Shown here piece after piece: positions 27,898-38,118 of a stretch of DNA of 64,000 nt (the stretch's first letter is position 1; each line of letters opens with the position of its first letter). The notes beneath the pieces were generated by a model, which saw only the letters and a program-made list of their open reading frames with translations, did no database searches and was not told the DNA's origin. The DNA is from Gammaproteobacteria bacterium (GTDB lineage: Bacteria; Pseudomonadota; Gammaproteobacteria; Steroidobacterales; Foliamicaceae), in NCBI GenBank assembly GCA_028285945.1, contig JAPYNE010000009.1, forward strand, positions 19,585 to 83,584. The letters are read 5' to 3'. Position numbers and translations under genes: made by a program.

Positions 27898-30800
27898 ATG
27901 AACCTTACCCGCCACGCGATCGACCGGCGCGCCGTGACCTTCGTGGCGCTGGCCGCGATCGCGGTTTCAGGCGTTTTGGCCTACCGCGACCTCCCGCGCG
28001 CGGAGGACCCCGGATTCATCGTCCGCAACGCCATCGTAAAGACGCGCTTTCCCGGCGCGGCCCCCGAGCGGGTGGAGCTGCTGGTCACCGACAAGCTGGA
28101 GAAGGCGATACAGGAAATCCCCGAAGTGGCCCACATCACCAGCGAATCCCGCACCGGCCAGTCCATCGTTACGGTGGAGGCGCGCGAGAGCGTGACCGAC
28201 TTGCGCCCGGTATGGGACCGCCTGCGCCGCAAGGTGGATCAAGCCGCCGCCGCGCTGCCCGAAGGCATCTCGCCGGTGGTGGACGACGAGCTGGGCGAGG
28301 TGTTCGGAACCGTGCTGGCGCTCACTGCCGACGGCTTCTCCTACGCCGAGCTGGAGGAAATCGCCAACCAAGTGCGGGATTTCTTGCTCAAAATCGACGA
28401 TGTCGCCAAGGTTGATATCCACGGGGCGCAGGAGGAGCGCGTCTATGTGGATTTCGACAATGCGCGGCTGGCCGGGCTGGGGCTGTCGGCGGCGCAGCTC
28501 CAAGGCATCCTGCAATCAAGCAACATCATCATTCCCGGCGGCGCGGTGGAAACCGGCGTTGAGCGGATCGTGCTGGACCCCACCGGCAACTTCACTTCCT
28601 TAGAGGACATCCGCCGTGCGCTGCTCACGCTGCCGGGCACCACGCAAACCCTGTACTTGGGCGATGTCGCCGACATCCGCCGCGGCTACGCGGATCCGCC
28701 CGGCAGCCGGGTGCGGGCCAACGGCCGTGCGGCCTTGGTGCTGGCGGTGTCGATGCGCGAGGGCGGCAACATCGTGCGCTTAGGCGAGAACATCCTCTCG
28801 GCCTTGTCCGAGCTGGAAGGGCGCTACCCGGTGGGCGTGGCCTTCGACATCCTCGCGTTCCAGCCCGATGTGGTCCACCGCGCCGTCACCACTTTCGTCA
28901 GCTCGATCCTCCAGGCCGTCGGTATCGTGCTGGCCTGCATGCTCCTGTTTTTGGGGCTGCGCACGGGCCTGGTGGTGGCCACGCTGGTGCCCATGACCAT
29001 CCTGGCCACGCTGATGCTGATGCGCTACCTCGGCATCGGCCTCGATAAGATGTCCCTGGCCTCGCTGATCATCGCGCTGGGGCTGCTGGTCGATAACGCC
29101 GTTGTGATGAGCGAGTCCATCGTGGTGCGGATGCGGGCCGGCGAGAAAGCGCGGGAGGCGGCCCTGGCTTCGGCGCGGGAGCTGCGCGTTCCGCTGCTCG
29201 TCTCCTCGCTCACCACCATCGCCGCCTTTCTTCCCATCGTGCTGGCCGAGAGCGCGGTCGGGGAGTACACCGCGCCGCTGGCGCAGGTGATCGCCATTAC
29301 GCTGCTTTCCTCTTGGATTTTGGCGATCACGATGATCCCGCTGCTGTGCGTGCTGTTCCTCAAGATCAAGCGGCGGCCCGATGCGGCGGCGGGCGGCGGC
29401 TCCGGCGCGGAGTTCGACACGCCTTTCCACCGGCGCTACCGCCGCCTGCTGGCGGCCCTGCTCCGCCGGCCGCTGCGGGTTCCGCTCGGTGCGCTGGCGC
29501 TGCTGGCCGCGGCGCTGGGGATGTTCCGCTTCATCGAGCAGAGTTTCTTCCCGGACAGCACCGAAGTGCTGTTCACCGGCAGCTTCGAGCTGCCCTACGG
29601 CACGTCCTTCGCCTACACCGAAGGCGCCATGCTCGACATCGAGCGGTTCCTCTCCGAGGAGCTCGCGGCCGGAGACGGCCGCGAGGGCGTGCGCAACTGG
29701 GCCTTCTTCATGGGCGCGGGCGCGCCGCGCTTCTCCTTGGGCTACGAACCGGCGCAGGGCCACGCAGGCTATGCGGCCTTCATCGGCAACGCCTCCTCGC
29801 TGACGGCGCTGCCCGGTTTGATCGAGCGCCTTAGGGAATACGTCGAGGCCAACCACCCCGGCATCGAAGCGACGCTTAAGCCGCTCGCCACGGGTCCGGG
29901 CAGCGGCAGCCCGGTGGAAGTGCGTCTTTCCGGGGAGGACGAGGAGGTTTTGTTCGATCTGGCCGGCGAGGTGAAGGCGCACTTGGCGTCGCTGCCGGGC
30001 ACCCGCAATATCAGCGACAACTGGGGCGTGCAAACCAAGAAGCTCGTGGTGAACATCGACAATGCCCGGGCCCGGCGGGCCGGCATCACCAACCGGGATA
30101 TCGCCGTGTCGCTTCGCACCGCCCTGTCGGGCTCCGCGGTCACCGAGTACCGCGAGGGCGACAAGGCGATTCCCGTGGTGCTGCGGTCCGAAGCGGGCGG
30201 CCGCGAGGACATCGGCAAGCTGGAGTCGATCAACGTGTATGCCGAGTCCGGCCGCAACGTGGCGCTTAGGCAGGTCGCGGACATCGAGCTCGCGTTCGAG
30301 CCGTCGAGGATTCTCCGCCGCGATCTTTCCAAAACCCTGTCGGTTTTGTCCGACCTCGACTCCGGCTCCGGCGCCACGGCCCTCAGCACGGCCGCGGCCG
30401 CGGATGCCTGGCTGGCCGAACAGCAGGCGCGCTGGCCGGCCGGCTACAGCTACGGGATTGGCGGCACCTTCGAGAGCTCCGCCAATGCCAATGCGGCCAT
30501 CGCCGCCAAGCTGCCCGTGGCCGGCCTCATTATCCTGCTGCTGCTCGTCGGCCAGTTCAATTCCATCCGCCAGCCGCTCATCGTGCTGCTCACCATTCCC
30601 TTGAGCCTCATCGGCGTGGCGGCCGGCCTGCTGCTCACCGGCGAGCCTTTCGGATTCATGACGCTGCTCGGCGTGATTTCGCTGGCCGGCATCGTGATCA
30701 ACAACGCCATCGTGCTTCTCGACCGCATCCGCATCGAGATCGAGGAGAACGGACTCGACCCGGCCCGAGCTGTTCTCGAAGCGGCGCAGCGGCGCCTGCG

Positions 30801-30990
30801 GCCCATCGTGCTGACCACCGCCACCACCGCCGGCGGGCTGCTGCCGCTGTGGCTGGGCGGCGACCCGCTGTTCGTGTCGATGGCGGTCGCCATTCTCTTC
30901 GGCCTCGTGTTCGCCACCTTCCTCACACTGAGCGTGGTCCCGGCGCTCTACTGCCTGCTATTCGGAGTGCGCTGCCGCGCCAGCCTTTGA
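27898..30990 (+). CDS. RND efflux permease (AcrB/HAE family)
   Basis: 1030 aa with 12-TM RND topology and two large periplasmic loops. Typical N-terminus: MNLTRHAIDRRAVTFVALAAIAVSG. Confidence 0.9.
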   Translation: MNLTRHAIDRRAVTFVALAAIAVSGVLAYRDLPRAEDPGFIVRNAIVKTRFPGAAPERVELLVTDKLEKAIQEIPEVAHITSESRTGQSIVTVEARESVTDLRPVWDRLRRKVDQAAAALPEGISPVVDDELGEVFGTVLALTADGFSYAELEEIANQVRDFLLKIDDVAKVDIHGAQEERVYVDFDNARLAGLGLSAAQLQGILQSSNIIIPGGAVETGVERIVLDPTGNFTSLEDIRRALLTLPGTTQTLYLGDVADIRRGYADPPGSRVRANGRAALVLAVSMREGGNIVRLGENILSALSELEGRYPVGVAFDILAFQPDVVHRAVTTFVSSILQAVGIVLACMLLFLGLRTGLVVATLVPMTILATLMLMRYLGIGLDKMSLASLIIALGLLVDNAVVMSESIVVRMRAGEKAREAALASARELRVPLLVSSLTTIAAFLPIVLAESAVGEYTAPLAQVIAITLLSSWILAITMIPLLCVLFLKIKRRPDAAAGGGSGAEFDTPFHRRYRRLLAALLRRPLRVPLGALALLAAALGMFRFIEQSFFPDSTEVLFTGSFELPYGTSFAYTEGAMLDIERFLSEELAAGDGREGVRNWAFFMGAGAPRFSLGYEPAQGHAGYAAFIGNASSLTALPGLIERLREYVEANHPGIEATLKPLATGPGSGSPVEVRLSGEDEEVLFDLAGEVKAHLASLPGTRNISDNWGVQTKKLVVNIDNARARRAGITNRDIAVSLRTALSGSAVTEYREGDKAIPVVLRSEAGGREDIGKLESINVYAESGRNVALRQVADIELAFEPSRILRRDLSKTLSVLSDLDSGSGATALSTAAAADAWLAEQQARWPAGYSYGIGGTFESSANANAAIAAKLPVAGLIILLLLVGQFNSIRQPLIVLLTIPLSLIGVAAGLLLTGEPFGFMTLLGVISLAGIVINNAIVLLDRIRIEIEENGLDPARAVLEAAQRRLRPIVLTTATTAGGLLPLWLGGDPLFVSMAVAILFGLVFATFLTLSVVPALYCLLFGVRCRASL

Positions 30991-31047
30991 TCCGATCAAT
31001 AGCCCGGCTCGGCCAGGCGAGGGAGCGGGCGTCTTTCCGGCGGACCG

Positions 31048-31659
31048 CTAGCCTGATCCTCCCGCCCTTTCATAGGCGGGGCGGCTGGTGCAACTCATCA
31101 CCCACTTATGCACATTCGGCCATGGTTCAAGGCGGAACTCGAGCCGGCTCAGCATGTCCAGCACCGATACGCACAACAGGTCCGCCGCCGTGAACTGGTC
31201 GCTCAGAAGGTAGGAGCGCTTCTTGAGCTGCTTGTCCAGCGTTTCCAAAGGACCCGCGAGAGTCTTCTTCGCGGCTTTTACAGCGGCTTCGCTGTGATTC
31301 TTGCCCGTATGCACGAATTTCTGCATGAATAGGGTCGCGATGGGCGGCTCCAGCTCCGTCATGGCGAAAAACGCCCACTGCATCACGCGGGCGCGGTCCG
31401 CCTGGCTGGCGGGCCAAAGCTCCCGGTCGTCGTACTTGGAGGCCAGATACAAGTTGATGGCGGCGGACTCGAACAGCTTGAGCGATCCGTCCTCCATGGC
31501 CGGAGCCTTGCCGGTCAGCGCAACCTTGCTGATCTTCTCGCGTCGCTGCTCGCGGGAAAGGTCGTCCATGGGAACATGCTCGTAAGGGATGGCCAGTTCC
31601 TCCAGCATCCAAAGGCAGCGTCTTGCCCGGGAGTTGAGCGGGCCGTACAGGCGAATCAT
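31048..31659 (-). CDS. glutathione S-transferase
   Basis: MIRLYGPLNSRARRCLWMLEELAIPYEHV thioredoxin-like N-domain plus a helical C-domain. Confidence 0.8.
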   Translation of the reverse strand: MIRLYGPLNSRARRCLWMLEELAIPYEHVPMDDLSREQRREKISKVALTGKAPAMEDGSLKLFESAAINLYLASKYDDRELWPASQADRARVMQWAFFAMTELEPPIATLFMQKFVHTGKNHSEAAVKAAKKTLAGPLETLDKQLKKRSYLLSDQFTAADLLCVSVLDMLSRLEFRLEPWPNVHKWVMSCTSRPAYERAGGSG

Positions 31660-31702
31660 CTAGAGTTCTCCTTGGGGTGTGACTACCAATCGTTTTTCAC
31701 TG

Positions 31703-32368
31703 CTACGGGCCGAATACAGTGCCCGAGAACGCGGCCACGATGGTCATGGCGTAGATAAACAATACCCATCCATAAACGGGTTGCAACTGCTGGCGATACC
31801 TCTGCTCCAGTTCCGGCGCGGAGCCCGACTGCGCGATGGCTGCGAAGGTGGCGACGGCAGGGGCAAAGCCGCGGTCCAGCAGCACCGCCGCAAAACCGAT
31901 CAGGCCCACCGCCGCCAGCTTCACCGCCAGCCACAGCGGCGCGTCAAGCGCGGCGACGGTTTGCGTGGCCGCGGCAAACGCAAGCGCGCCCGCGCACAAC
32001 AGCAGGCTGAACGGCATGCTGGTCTTCTCGGAGAATTTCTCGGCCGGCGTTCCGGGATTGAGAAAGCCGCGCCACATGATCAGGACCCATAGCAGGCCGA
32101 GAACCCAGATCGCCGCCAGAATCCAGGCAGGCACGGCGATTATTTCCAGATTGGCGATCAACTGCAGGCCGCTGGGGAAGATCAGCGCGTTGCATGTGCG
32201 CGGGAGCCGGTCCAGCACCATTCCTAAGCGCAATACGCTGGAGCGGGTTTCCATGCTGAGCGACGAGTTCTCGGACATCTTTGCGGCCAGGAACACGCCA
32301 AGGTCCGTCCCCAGCCAGAACACCCATAGCGAAATATGGAAGAACACCAGTATTTTATGCTCCAGCAT
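31703..32368 (-). CDS. hypothetical polytopic membrane protein
   Basis: Start at ATG 32366-32368 (MLEHKILVFFHISLWVFWLGTDLGVFL), sharing 1 nt with the upstream gene stop (TAATG). About 6 hydrophobic helices; no family recognised. Confidence 0.6.
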   Translation of the reverse strand: MLEHKILVFFHISLWVFWLGTDLGVFLAAKMSENSSLSMETRSSVLRLGMVLDRLPRTCNALIFPSGLQLIANLEIIAVPAWILAAIWVLGLLWVLIMWRGFLNPGTPAEKFSEKTSMPFSLLLCAGALAFAAATQTVAALDAPLWLAVKLAAVGLIGFAAVLLDRGFAPAVATFAAIAQSGSAPELEQRYRQQLQPVYGWVLFIYAMTIVAAFSGTVFGP

Positions 32369-32676
32369 TATTTCTTCCCCTTCTCCCCCAGTTCCTCGAA
32401 CGGCGCCAGCACCTTGCGGATCAGTTCGCCGTTGGCCGCCGCCCACTCGGCCGCCTGTTCCGCATCAGGCTCGAACCCCTCGATTTCCTCGCGGCTCGCC
32501 AGCCCCTTGCGGAGAACCAGCGTTTCCAGGCTCATCAGTCGTTCGCGCACCACCCAGTGCTCCGCCATTAGCTTGAGCAGGCCGGCCAGCAGCGCGTCGG
32601 TGGCCGGGTCCTCAAAGAAATACTTTCGGCCGCCCTTGATGCGGCGGCTCAAGCGCTCCCCCGATGCCGCGTTCAC
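32368..32676 (-). CDS. small hypothetical soluble protein
   Basis: 102 aa. The GTG start lies 1 nt after the methyltransferase stop. Helical and acidic: ...LLKLMAEHWVVRERLMSLETLVLRKGLASREEIEGFEPD... Confidence 0.5.
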   Translation of the reverse strand: MNAASGERLSRRIKGGRKYFFEDPATDALLAGLLKLMAEHWVVRERLMSLETLVLRKGLASREEIEGFEPDAEQAAEWAAANGELIRKVLAPFEELGEKGKK

Positions 32677-32677
32677 T

Positions 32678-33874
32678 TCAGCCCTGCTTCACCGAGCCGA
32701 AGCCGTACCAGAAAATGATGTCCGAAAGCCGCCCGGTGTCCTCGCCGAACTTCGGGCCCGCCTGCGCCATGGCGATGAAGTCTTCCTCTGCGGTGTAGGT
32801 GTAGCGCGGCATGACGCCCTCGAAGTAGGCATCCGCGGAAAAGCCGGCCTCCGTCGTGAGCTGCTTGGGGTTCTGGTCGCGGAAGTCCTTGTAGAACGGC
32901 TCGTTGTTGTAGTAGCTGTCCCAGTCCAGATAGAACTGCTCGTAGGCCGCCATGCGGTCGTTGGGCGGCAGTTCCATGTTCAGCAGCACGCCGCCCGGCT
33001 TGAGCACGCGGTGCGCCTCGGCCAGATAGTTGCGGATGGCCTTCCTCGGAAGCTCGTGCAGGAACATGGAACTGAACACCACGTCCATCGAGCGGTCCGG
33101 GAAACGGATGCTCTCGGCGCTTTGCTGATGGAAGTGCGCCTCGATGCCCATGGCCTCGGCGCGCGCATGCGCGTAACGGAGGCAGGGCGCGGCCACGTCG
33201 ATGCCGTGTACTTCGGCGTCAGGAAATACCTGCTTCCAAGGCAGGGTGTTGTGCCCGATGGTGCAGCCCGCGTCCAGAATCCGGCCGGGCGCGGGATTGT
33301 TGAAGCGCAACTTATAGAAATTCGCCATCGACCAGCCGATATCGTTCAGCTCCTTGCCCATGGCGCCGAAGGCGAACACGTTCAGCCCCTGGTCGTAAAT
33401 GGCGCCCGCCGCCAAGTCCTCGCCGCCGTGCTCGCGGTAATAGCAGCCGGGCATGAGATGCACGTCAACCGCTTCCACGTAGCGCGGAATCCCGAGCGAC
33501 GGGTCGAGTTCCAGCGTGCCGCCGGCGCTGGCCCCGTTCATCAGTTCCTTGCCGGCGGCGTTCAGGCGTTCGCGCTGCCGCTCCACGCTGTCCATCACCA
33601 CGTCCCACACCATCTGCTGGGCGGTGCAGCGGGCCGAGGAATAGGCCTTGAAGATAGCCCGCTTGCGAATGGCGCGATGCACGCCTGCGCCGTCCATCGG
33701 CCCGGCATTCGCTTCATTCTCCACCCCGGCGGCAACGCTGGAGTCGAAGTCCTCGCGCATGGCGCCGGCAAGATCGTTAAGGACGTAGCCGCGCAGGCCG
33801 GAAACGAACCTTTCCCGCGCCCGTGCGTCCCGGCTGCGGTCCAAGGCCAGCGCATGGCTAATCGGTTGGGTCAT
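32678..33874 (-). CDS. class I SAM-dependent methyltransferase with a ~180-aa N-terminal domain of unknown function
   Basis: Motif I ILDAGCTIGHNT, VVFSSMFLHELP, post-II LKPGGVLLNMEL. Confidence 0.75.
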   Translation of the reverse strand: MTQPISHALALDRSRDARARERFVSGLRGYVLNDLAGAMREDFDSSVAAGVENEANAGPMDGAGVHRAIRKRAIFKAYSSARCTAQQMVWDVVMDSVERQRERLNAAGKELMNGASAGGTLELDPSLGIPRYVEAVDVHLMPGCYYREHGGEDLAAGAIYDQGLNVFAFGAMGKELNDIGWSMANFYKLRFNNPAPGRILDAGCTIGHNTLPWKQVFPDAEVHGIDVAAPCLRYAHARAEAMGIEAHFHQQSAESIRFPDRSMDVVFSSMFLHELPRKAIRNYLAEAHRVLKPGGVLLNMELPPNDRMAAYEQFYLDWDSYYNNEPFYKDFRDQNPKQLTTEAGFSADAYFEGVMPRYTYTAEEDFIAMAQAGPKFGEDTGRLSDIIFWYGFGSVKQG

Positions 33875-33994
33875 GGCTCGATTCTCGCTTGATTCCTGCG
33901 CCCGATTGTTGCGGATTCAGGAACAAAATGCAAAGCGAATAAAATCTCTCGGCGTGCTTGCGCGCCCGCCCGCAATGACGAGGAGCAACCCCTG

Positions 33995-35194
33995 ATGGCC
34001 GGACCCCTGGACGGAATTCGAGTGCTGGAGCTGACCAGTGTGGTTCTGGGGCCCTGGGCTTGCCAGTTGCTCGCCGATATGGGCGCGGATGTGATCAAGG
34101 TGGAACCGCCGTACGGCGACTCCAACCGGTCTCTCGGCGCTTATCACACTCCCGGAATGGCGGCGCTGTACCTCACTTGCAACCGCAATAAGCGCGGCAT
34201 CGTGCTGGACCTGAAAAAGCCCGCCGGGCGGGAGGCGGTGCTGCGCCTGGCCCGCAACGCGGACGTTCTGGTTCACAACAACCGCCCCGGCGTGATGAGC
34301 CGGCTGGGGCTCGAGTACGCCGACTTGCGGGCGGTCAACCCGCGGATCATCTACTGCGGAACCTACGGCTACGGGAAAGACGGACCGTACGCGCAGCGCG
34401 GCGCGCTGGACGACTCGATTCAGTCGGTGAGCGGCTTCGCCATGCTGCACGCGATGGTGCAGGGCGAACCGCGCTACGTGCCCAGCGTGGTGGCGGACAA
34501 GACCACCGCCATTACGGTGGTTTACGGCGTGCTGGCGGCGCTGTTCCACCGGCAGCGAACAGGCGAGGGGCAGGAGCTGGAAGTGCCGATGTTCGAGACC
34601 ATGGTGTCGTTCGTGATGGCGGAGCATCTTTGGGGCCAGGTGTTCGAACCGCCCTTGGACACGGCCGGCTACAAACGCTTGATGAGCAAGCACCGCAAGC
34701 CTTACAAGACCTTGGACGGCTACATTGCCGTGCTGCCGTACCTCGACCGCCACTGGGAGCTTTTCTGCGCCCGGGCGGGGCGCGAGGACCTGATCGGGGA
34801 CGAGCGTTTCCGCACGCTGTCGGACCGGGTGCGGAATATCGACGAAACTTACGAGGAAACGGGCCGCATCCTGGCCACACGAACCACCAGCGAGTGGATG
34901 GAGTTGTTTGAAGGCAGCAGCGTGCCGGTCAACGCGGTCAATTCGCTCGACGACCTGCAGAACGACGAGCACCTGAACGCCGTCGGCTTCTGGAGCGAAA
35001 TGGACCACCCCACCGAAGGCAAGCTGAAAATGCCGGCATTCCCGGTCAATTTCTCTGCCAGCCCCGCCAGCATTCGCCGCCATCCTCCCCAACTGGGCGA
35101 GCATAGCGTGGAGGTGCTGACCGAAGTGGGCTATTCCAAAGCGGAAATAGAAGGCATGCTCGCCAGCGGAGCGACCCGCGCTCCCCGGCAATGA
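33995..35194 (+). CDS. family III CoA-transferase (CaiB/BaiF)
   Basis: GIRVLELTSVVLGPWACQLLADMGADVIKVEPPYGD is the family signature N-terminus. Confidence 0.88.
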   Translation: MAGPLDGIRVLELTSVVLGPWACQLLADMGADVIKVEPPYGDSNRSLGAYHTPGMAALYLTCNRNKRGIVLDLKKPAGREAVLRLARNADVLVHNNRPGVMSRLGLEYADLRAVNPRIIYCGTYGYGKDGPYAQRGALDDSIQSVSGFAMLHAMVQGEPRYVPSVVADKTTAITVVYGVLAALFHRQRTGEGQELEVPMFETMVSFVMAEHLWGQVFEPPLDTAGYKRLMSKHRKPYKTLDGYIAVLPYLDRHWELFCARAGREDLIGDERFRTLSDRVRNIDETYEETGRILATRTTSEWMELFEGSSVPVNAVNSLDDLQNDEHLNAVGFWSEMDHPTEGKLKMPAFPVNFSASPASIRRHPPQLGEHSVEVLTEVGYSKAEIEGMLASGATRAPRQ

Positions 35195-35206
35195 TTCCGC
35201 GTTGGA

Positions 35207-37483
35207 TTAGAAATCCTTGCGGAAATTGACGGTCCAGGTGCGCGGGTCCTGTAGATAGAGGCCCACGAAGAACGAAGTGCCCTGCTCGCGGTCGGTGCAG
35301 TTCTGGCATTCGGCGCTGATCGACCAGTCCTGATCGAGGTTGCGCAGCGTGACCGAAGCGGTGAGCACCGAGTAGCCGTCGCTGAGCGCAACGGGTATGC
35401 CGCTTGAGCCGATGCTGTGCTTGCCGATCGTATAGACGAAGGCGCTGGGACGCAGCTCCCAGTTTGAGGCGATCGGAATGTCGTAGGCGGCGCCCGCTGT
35501 GAGGGTGTAGTCGGGCGCCCGCACGGGATCGGCGATCTCGCCCAGATGATTGATGACGCCCTCGCCGCAGAAATCGCTGTCGGCGAAGGCGGTTCCGGCC
35601 GCAAGGTCCGCTCGGCAGAGGGTCTGCTGCTCAACAATGGAGGGGTTCAGCTCCGCGTACTCCGCGTCTTGGGTTCCGAAGTTCACGAACACGGTGAGTC
35701 CGTCGATAAGGACAGCGGTCAGCTCCACCTCCACGCCCTGGTTTTCCAGCGATGCGTAGTTCCTTGTGTTGAAGGCTGGAGCGCCGGTCACGGGATCGTA
35801 AACCGCCGAAGGCAACTGGAAGTCGGTGACGTCGGTGCGGAACACGGTGGCGTTGAGGCGCAGCCGTCCGCCCAGCCAGTCCGAGCGCAGCCCCGCTTCA
35901 TACGACCACACTTTCTCCGGCCCGAACGCTTCAATCTGGGCCGCCGAGGTTCCCCGCGCGTTCCAGCCGCCCGATTTGAAGCCCCGCGTGGCCGAGGCGT
36001 AGGCCATCACGTCGTCGTTGAACGCATACTCCAGCGCGAGGCGCGGAGTGGTGATCTTGGCGTTCTGCTCCAGCGGGTAGCCCAGCGCGGCGATGTCGGT
36101 GGAATCGAAGGCGCCTGCATTGGGCACCGGAATCCTAGGCCAGTTCGGGTTCGGCGTGTAAATGATGTCTTTGGTCTCGTCGGTCCAGCGGGCGCCGGCC
36201 GTGAGAGTGAGTTGGTCGCTGGCGTGGTAGTCCACTTGGAGATACGCCGCCAGCGCGTCGGCATCATTCTCTAGAACGCGGTCGGCCAGCAGCACCGGCT
36301 GGAAGCCGTTGAATGCGCCGCCAGCGCCTAGCAGATCGGCGAAATCGGTGGTGTTTTCCTCCTGAATAAAGAAAACGCCTGCCACATAATCGAGCAATCC
36401 GTTTCCGGTCGAGCCCGTCAGCTTGACTTCCTGCGTGAACTGGTGGTGCTCTGAGGCATTGGCGATGGTGAAGCCCCCGTACGGTCGGGCGAGATTGAGA
36501 AAGTCAAGCGTAAAGTCGTGGTCCAGGAATCGCTGGCCGGTAATGATGTTCAACAGGCCGAACGCCGTATCGACTTCGATGTTCGAGTATAGCGAAAGCG
36601 AGTTGACCCAGTTGCCCAGCGGCCTGCCGGCCTTGGCGCCGTGGATGGGCGTGGGCCAGGGAGGCGGCTCATCGGAGCGCAGGCCGGTGAGGGTGTAGCG
36701 CTCGTCCTCCTCCGGGTCGTGCAGGTTGAGCAGGTTGGAATGCTCGTTATCGACGTAGGCCACCGCCGCATCCCAGGTTGCGGTTTCGCCAAGCCAGCGG
36801 ACCGCGGCGCGCACGCCCATGTTCTTCTCGTAGTTGATGCCGTCTTCGCCCGTGGTGCGGTTTTCCACGAAGCCGTCGTCGTCGATCGCGTAGGCCGAGA
36901 GTTTCAGCAGCAGATTGTCCTGAATCGGAAGGTCCACGCTGCCGCGGAAGCGAACCTCGCTGAAGCGGCCGAACCCCAGTTCCACGTAGCCGCCGAACTC
37001 CTCGGCGGGCTTCTTTAGAATGACGTTCACCGCGCCGCCGGTGGTGTTGCGGCCGAACAGAGTGCCTTGAGGCCCGCGAAGCACTTCGACGCGGTCGATG
37101 TCGAACAGCGCGAAGTTGTTGGCGTTCTGGCGGCTGATGAAGATGTCGTCCACGTAGCTGCCCACGGGCGGGTCGAAGGTGGCGACCGATTCGGTGTTGT
37201 TGAGCCCGCGCAGCGAATAGACGTTGGCCGTGCCCAGGCCGGTGTTGTTGCTGCCGATCAGATTCGGCACCAGCCGGGTGATGTCCAGCAGCTCGGTCAC
37301 TTGCAGCTCGCGAAGCTGGGCATCGGAATACGCGCTCACCGCGATCGGCACATCCTGCACGCTCTCCGCGCGACGTTGCGCGGTCACGATCACTTCCTCG
37401 ATCAATTCGTTGTCCTGCGCCGAGGCAGGAGCGATCAAGGCGGCGCCGAGCAGCGCGCCCAAGGATTTGCAAAGTGGTTTCAT
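35207..37483 (-). CDS. TonB-dependent receptor
   Basis: Signal peptide MKPLCKSLGALLGAALIAPASAQ, TonB box/plug EEVIVTAQRRAESVQDVPIAVSA, C-terminal ...TVNFRKDF. Start moved to ATG 37481-37483. Confidence 0.9.
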   Translation of the reverse strand: MKPLCKSLGALLGAALIAPASAQDNELIEEVIVTAQRRAESVQDVPIAVSAYSDAQLRELQVTELLDITRLVPNLIGSNNTGLGTANVYSLRGLNNTESVATFDPPVGSYVDDIFISRQNANNFALFDIDRVEVLRGPQGTLFGRNTTGGAVNVILKKPAEEFGGYVELGFGRFSEVRFRGSVDLPIQDNLLLKLSAYAIDDDGFVENRTTGEDGINYEKNMGVRAAVRWLGETATWDAAVAYVDNEHSNLLNLHDPEEDERYTLTGLRSDEPPPWPTPIHGAKAGRPLGNWVNSLSLYSNIEVDTAFGLLNIITGQRFLDHDFTLDFLNLARPYGGFTIANASEHHQFTQEVKLTGSTGNGLLDYVAGVFFIQEENTTDFADLLGAGGAFNGFQPVLLADRVLENDADALAAYLQVDYHASDQLTLTAGARWTDETKDIIYTPNPNWPRIPVPNAGAFDSTDIAALGYPLEQNAKITTPRLALEYAFNDDVMAYASATRGFKSGGWNARGTSAAQIEAFGPEKVWSYEAGLRSDWLGGRLRLNATVFRTDVTDFQLPSAVYDPVTGAPAFNTRNYASLENQGVEVELTAVLIDGLTVFVNFGTQDAEYAELNPSIVEQQTLCRADLAAGTAFADSDFCGEGVINHLGEIADPVRAPDYTLTAGAAYDIPIASNWELRPSAFVYTIGKHSIGSSGIPVALSDGYSVLTASVTLRNLDQDWSISAECQNCTDREQGTSFFVGLYLQDPRTWTVNFRKDF

Positions 37484-37840
37484 CCGTACATTTCTCCTTC
37501 GGTATATGGAACGATGCACACAATGAGCGAAAGCTCGCAAACCTTAAATAGTGGAGCGAGCCTCACACTTGAACAGGGCGGGGATTATAGTTGGGAAACA
37601 ATTGGCCTTTCGCATGCCGCGATTTTCGCGTCCTCGCAATGGGAGTTTTAGGGTGTGCTTGCCCGGGCTCTCGCGGCCTGTCTTCGCCGCGCCTTCGCAG
37701 GGGCATGCGGGGCCATGGCAGCCGCCGCCGAGCGCACAGGGAATCCCAAGCATCAGGCCAACGTGCGGGTTGTGTTTGCATTGATTGGGCCTTTTGTGCG
37801 AGTATTCCGCGCCTGCATTTTCTTTGAGGGAGGCCGTCGG

Positions 37841-38101
37841 GTGCCAAAGAATCTGATCGAGTACGAGAAGTCCGCCGAGGCGCAGCAGTGGATTCGCGAC
37901 GAGAGCGCTGAGCAGGAGAAGCGCTACCAGCAAATCGTCAAGGAAATGGATGATCTTTCCGGGGAGCGCGATGTTTGGGTGGAGAAGTTCTTTGAGCGCA
38001 TCCAAACGCGCGGCTTCAACGTGCATTACAACAATCGCCGCCAAATTCCGGACGACGAAATTCCCACCCGTCCTGACCGGCCTTTCAAGGTCGTCTTTTG
38101 A
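37841..38101 (+). CDS. small hypothetical protein
   Basis: GTG 37841 is preceded by GAGGGAGG: VPKNLIEYEKSAEAQQWIRDESAEQEKRYQQIVKEMDD... The upstream part of the track ORF (37655-) looks non-coding. Confidence 0.45.
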   Translation: MPKNLIEYEKSAEAQQWIRDESAEQEKRYQQIVKEMDDLSGERDVWVEKFFERIQTRGFNVHYNNRRQIPDDEIPTRPDRPFKVVF

Positions 38102-38118
38102 GATAAGGGAGCACGCGC

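Noticed and set aside
28780-30033. 417-aa minus-strand ORF inside the RND permease gene
   Set aside because: It is an antisense shadow. The plus frame is a continuous 1030-aa AcrB-like protein.
32336-35191. 518-aa plus ORF (32336-33892) and 424-aa minus ORF (33917-35191)
   Set aside because: They are antisense to the methyltransferase and the CoA-transferase respectively. Both true genes have diagnostic motifs and the antisense products have none.
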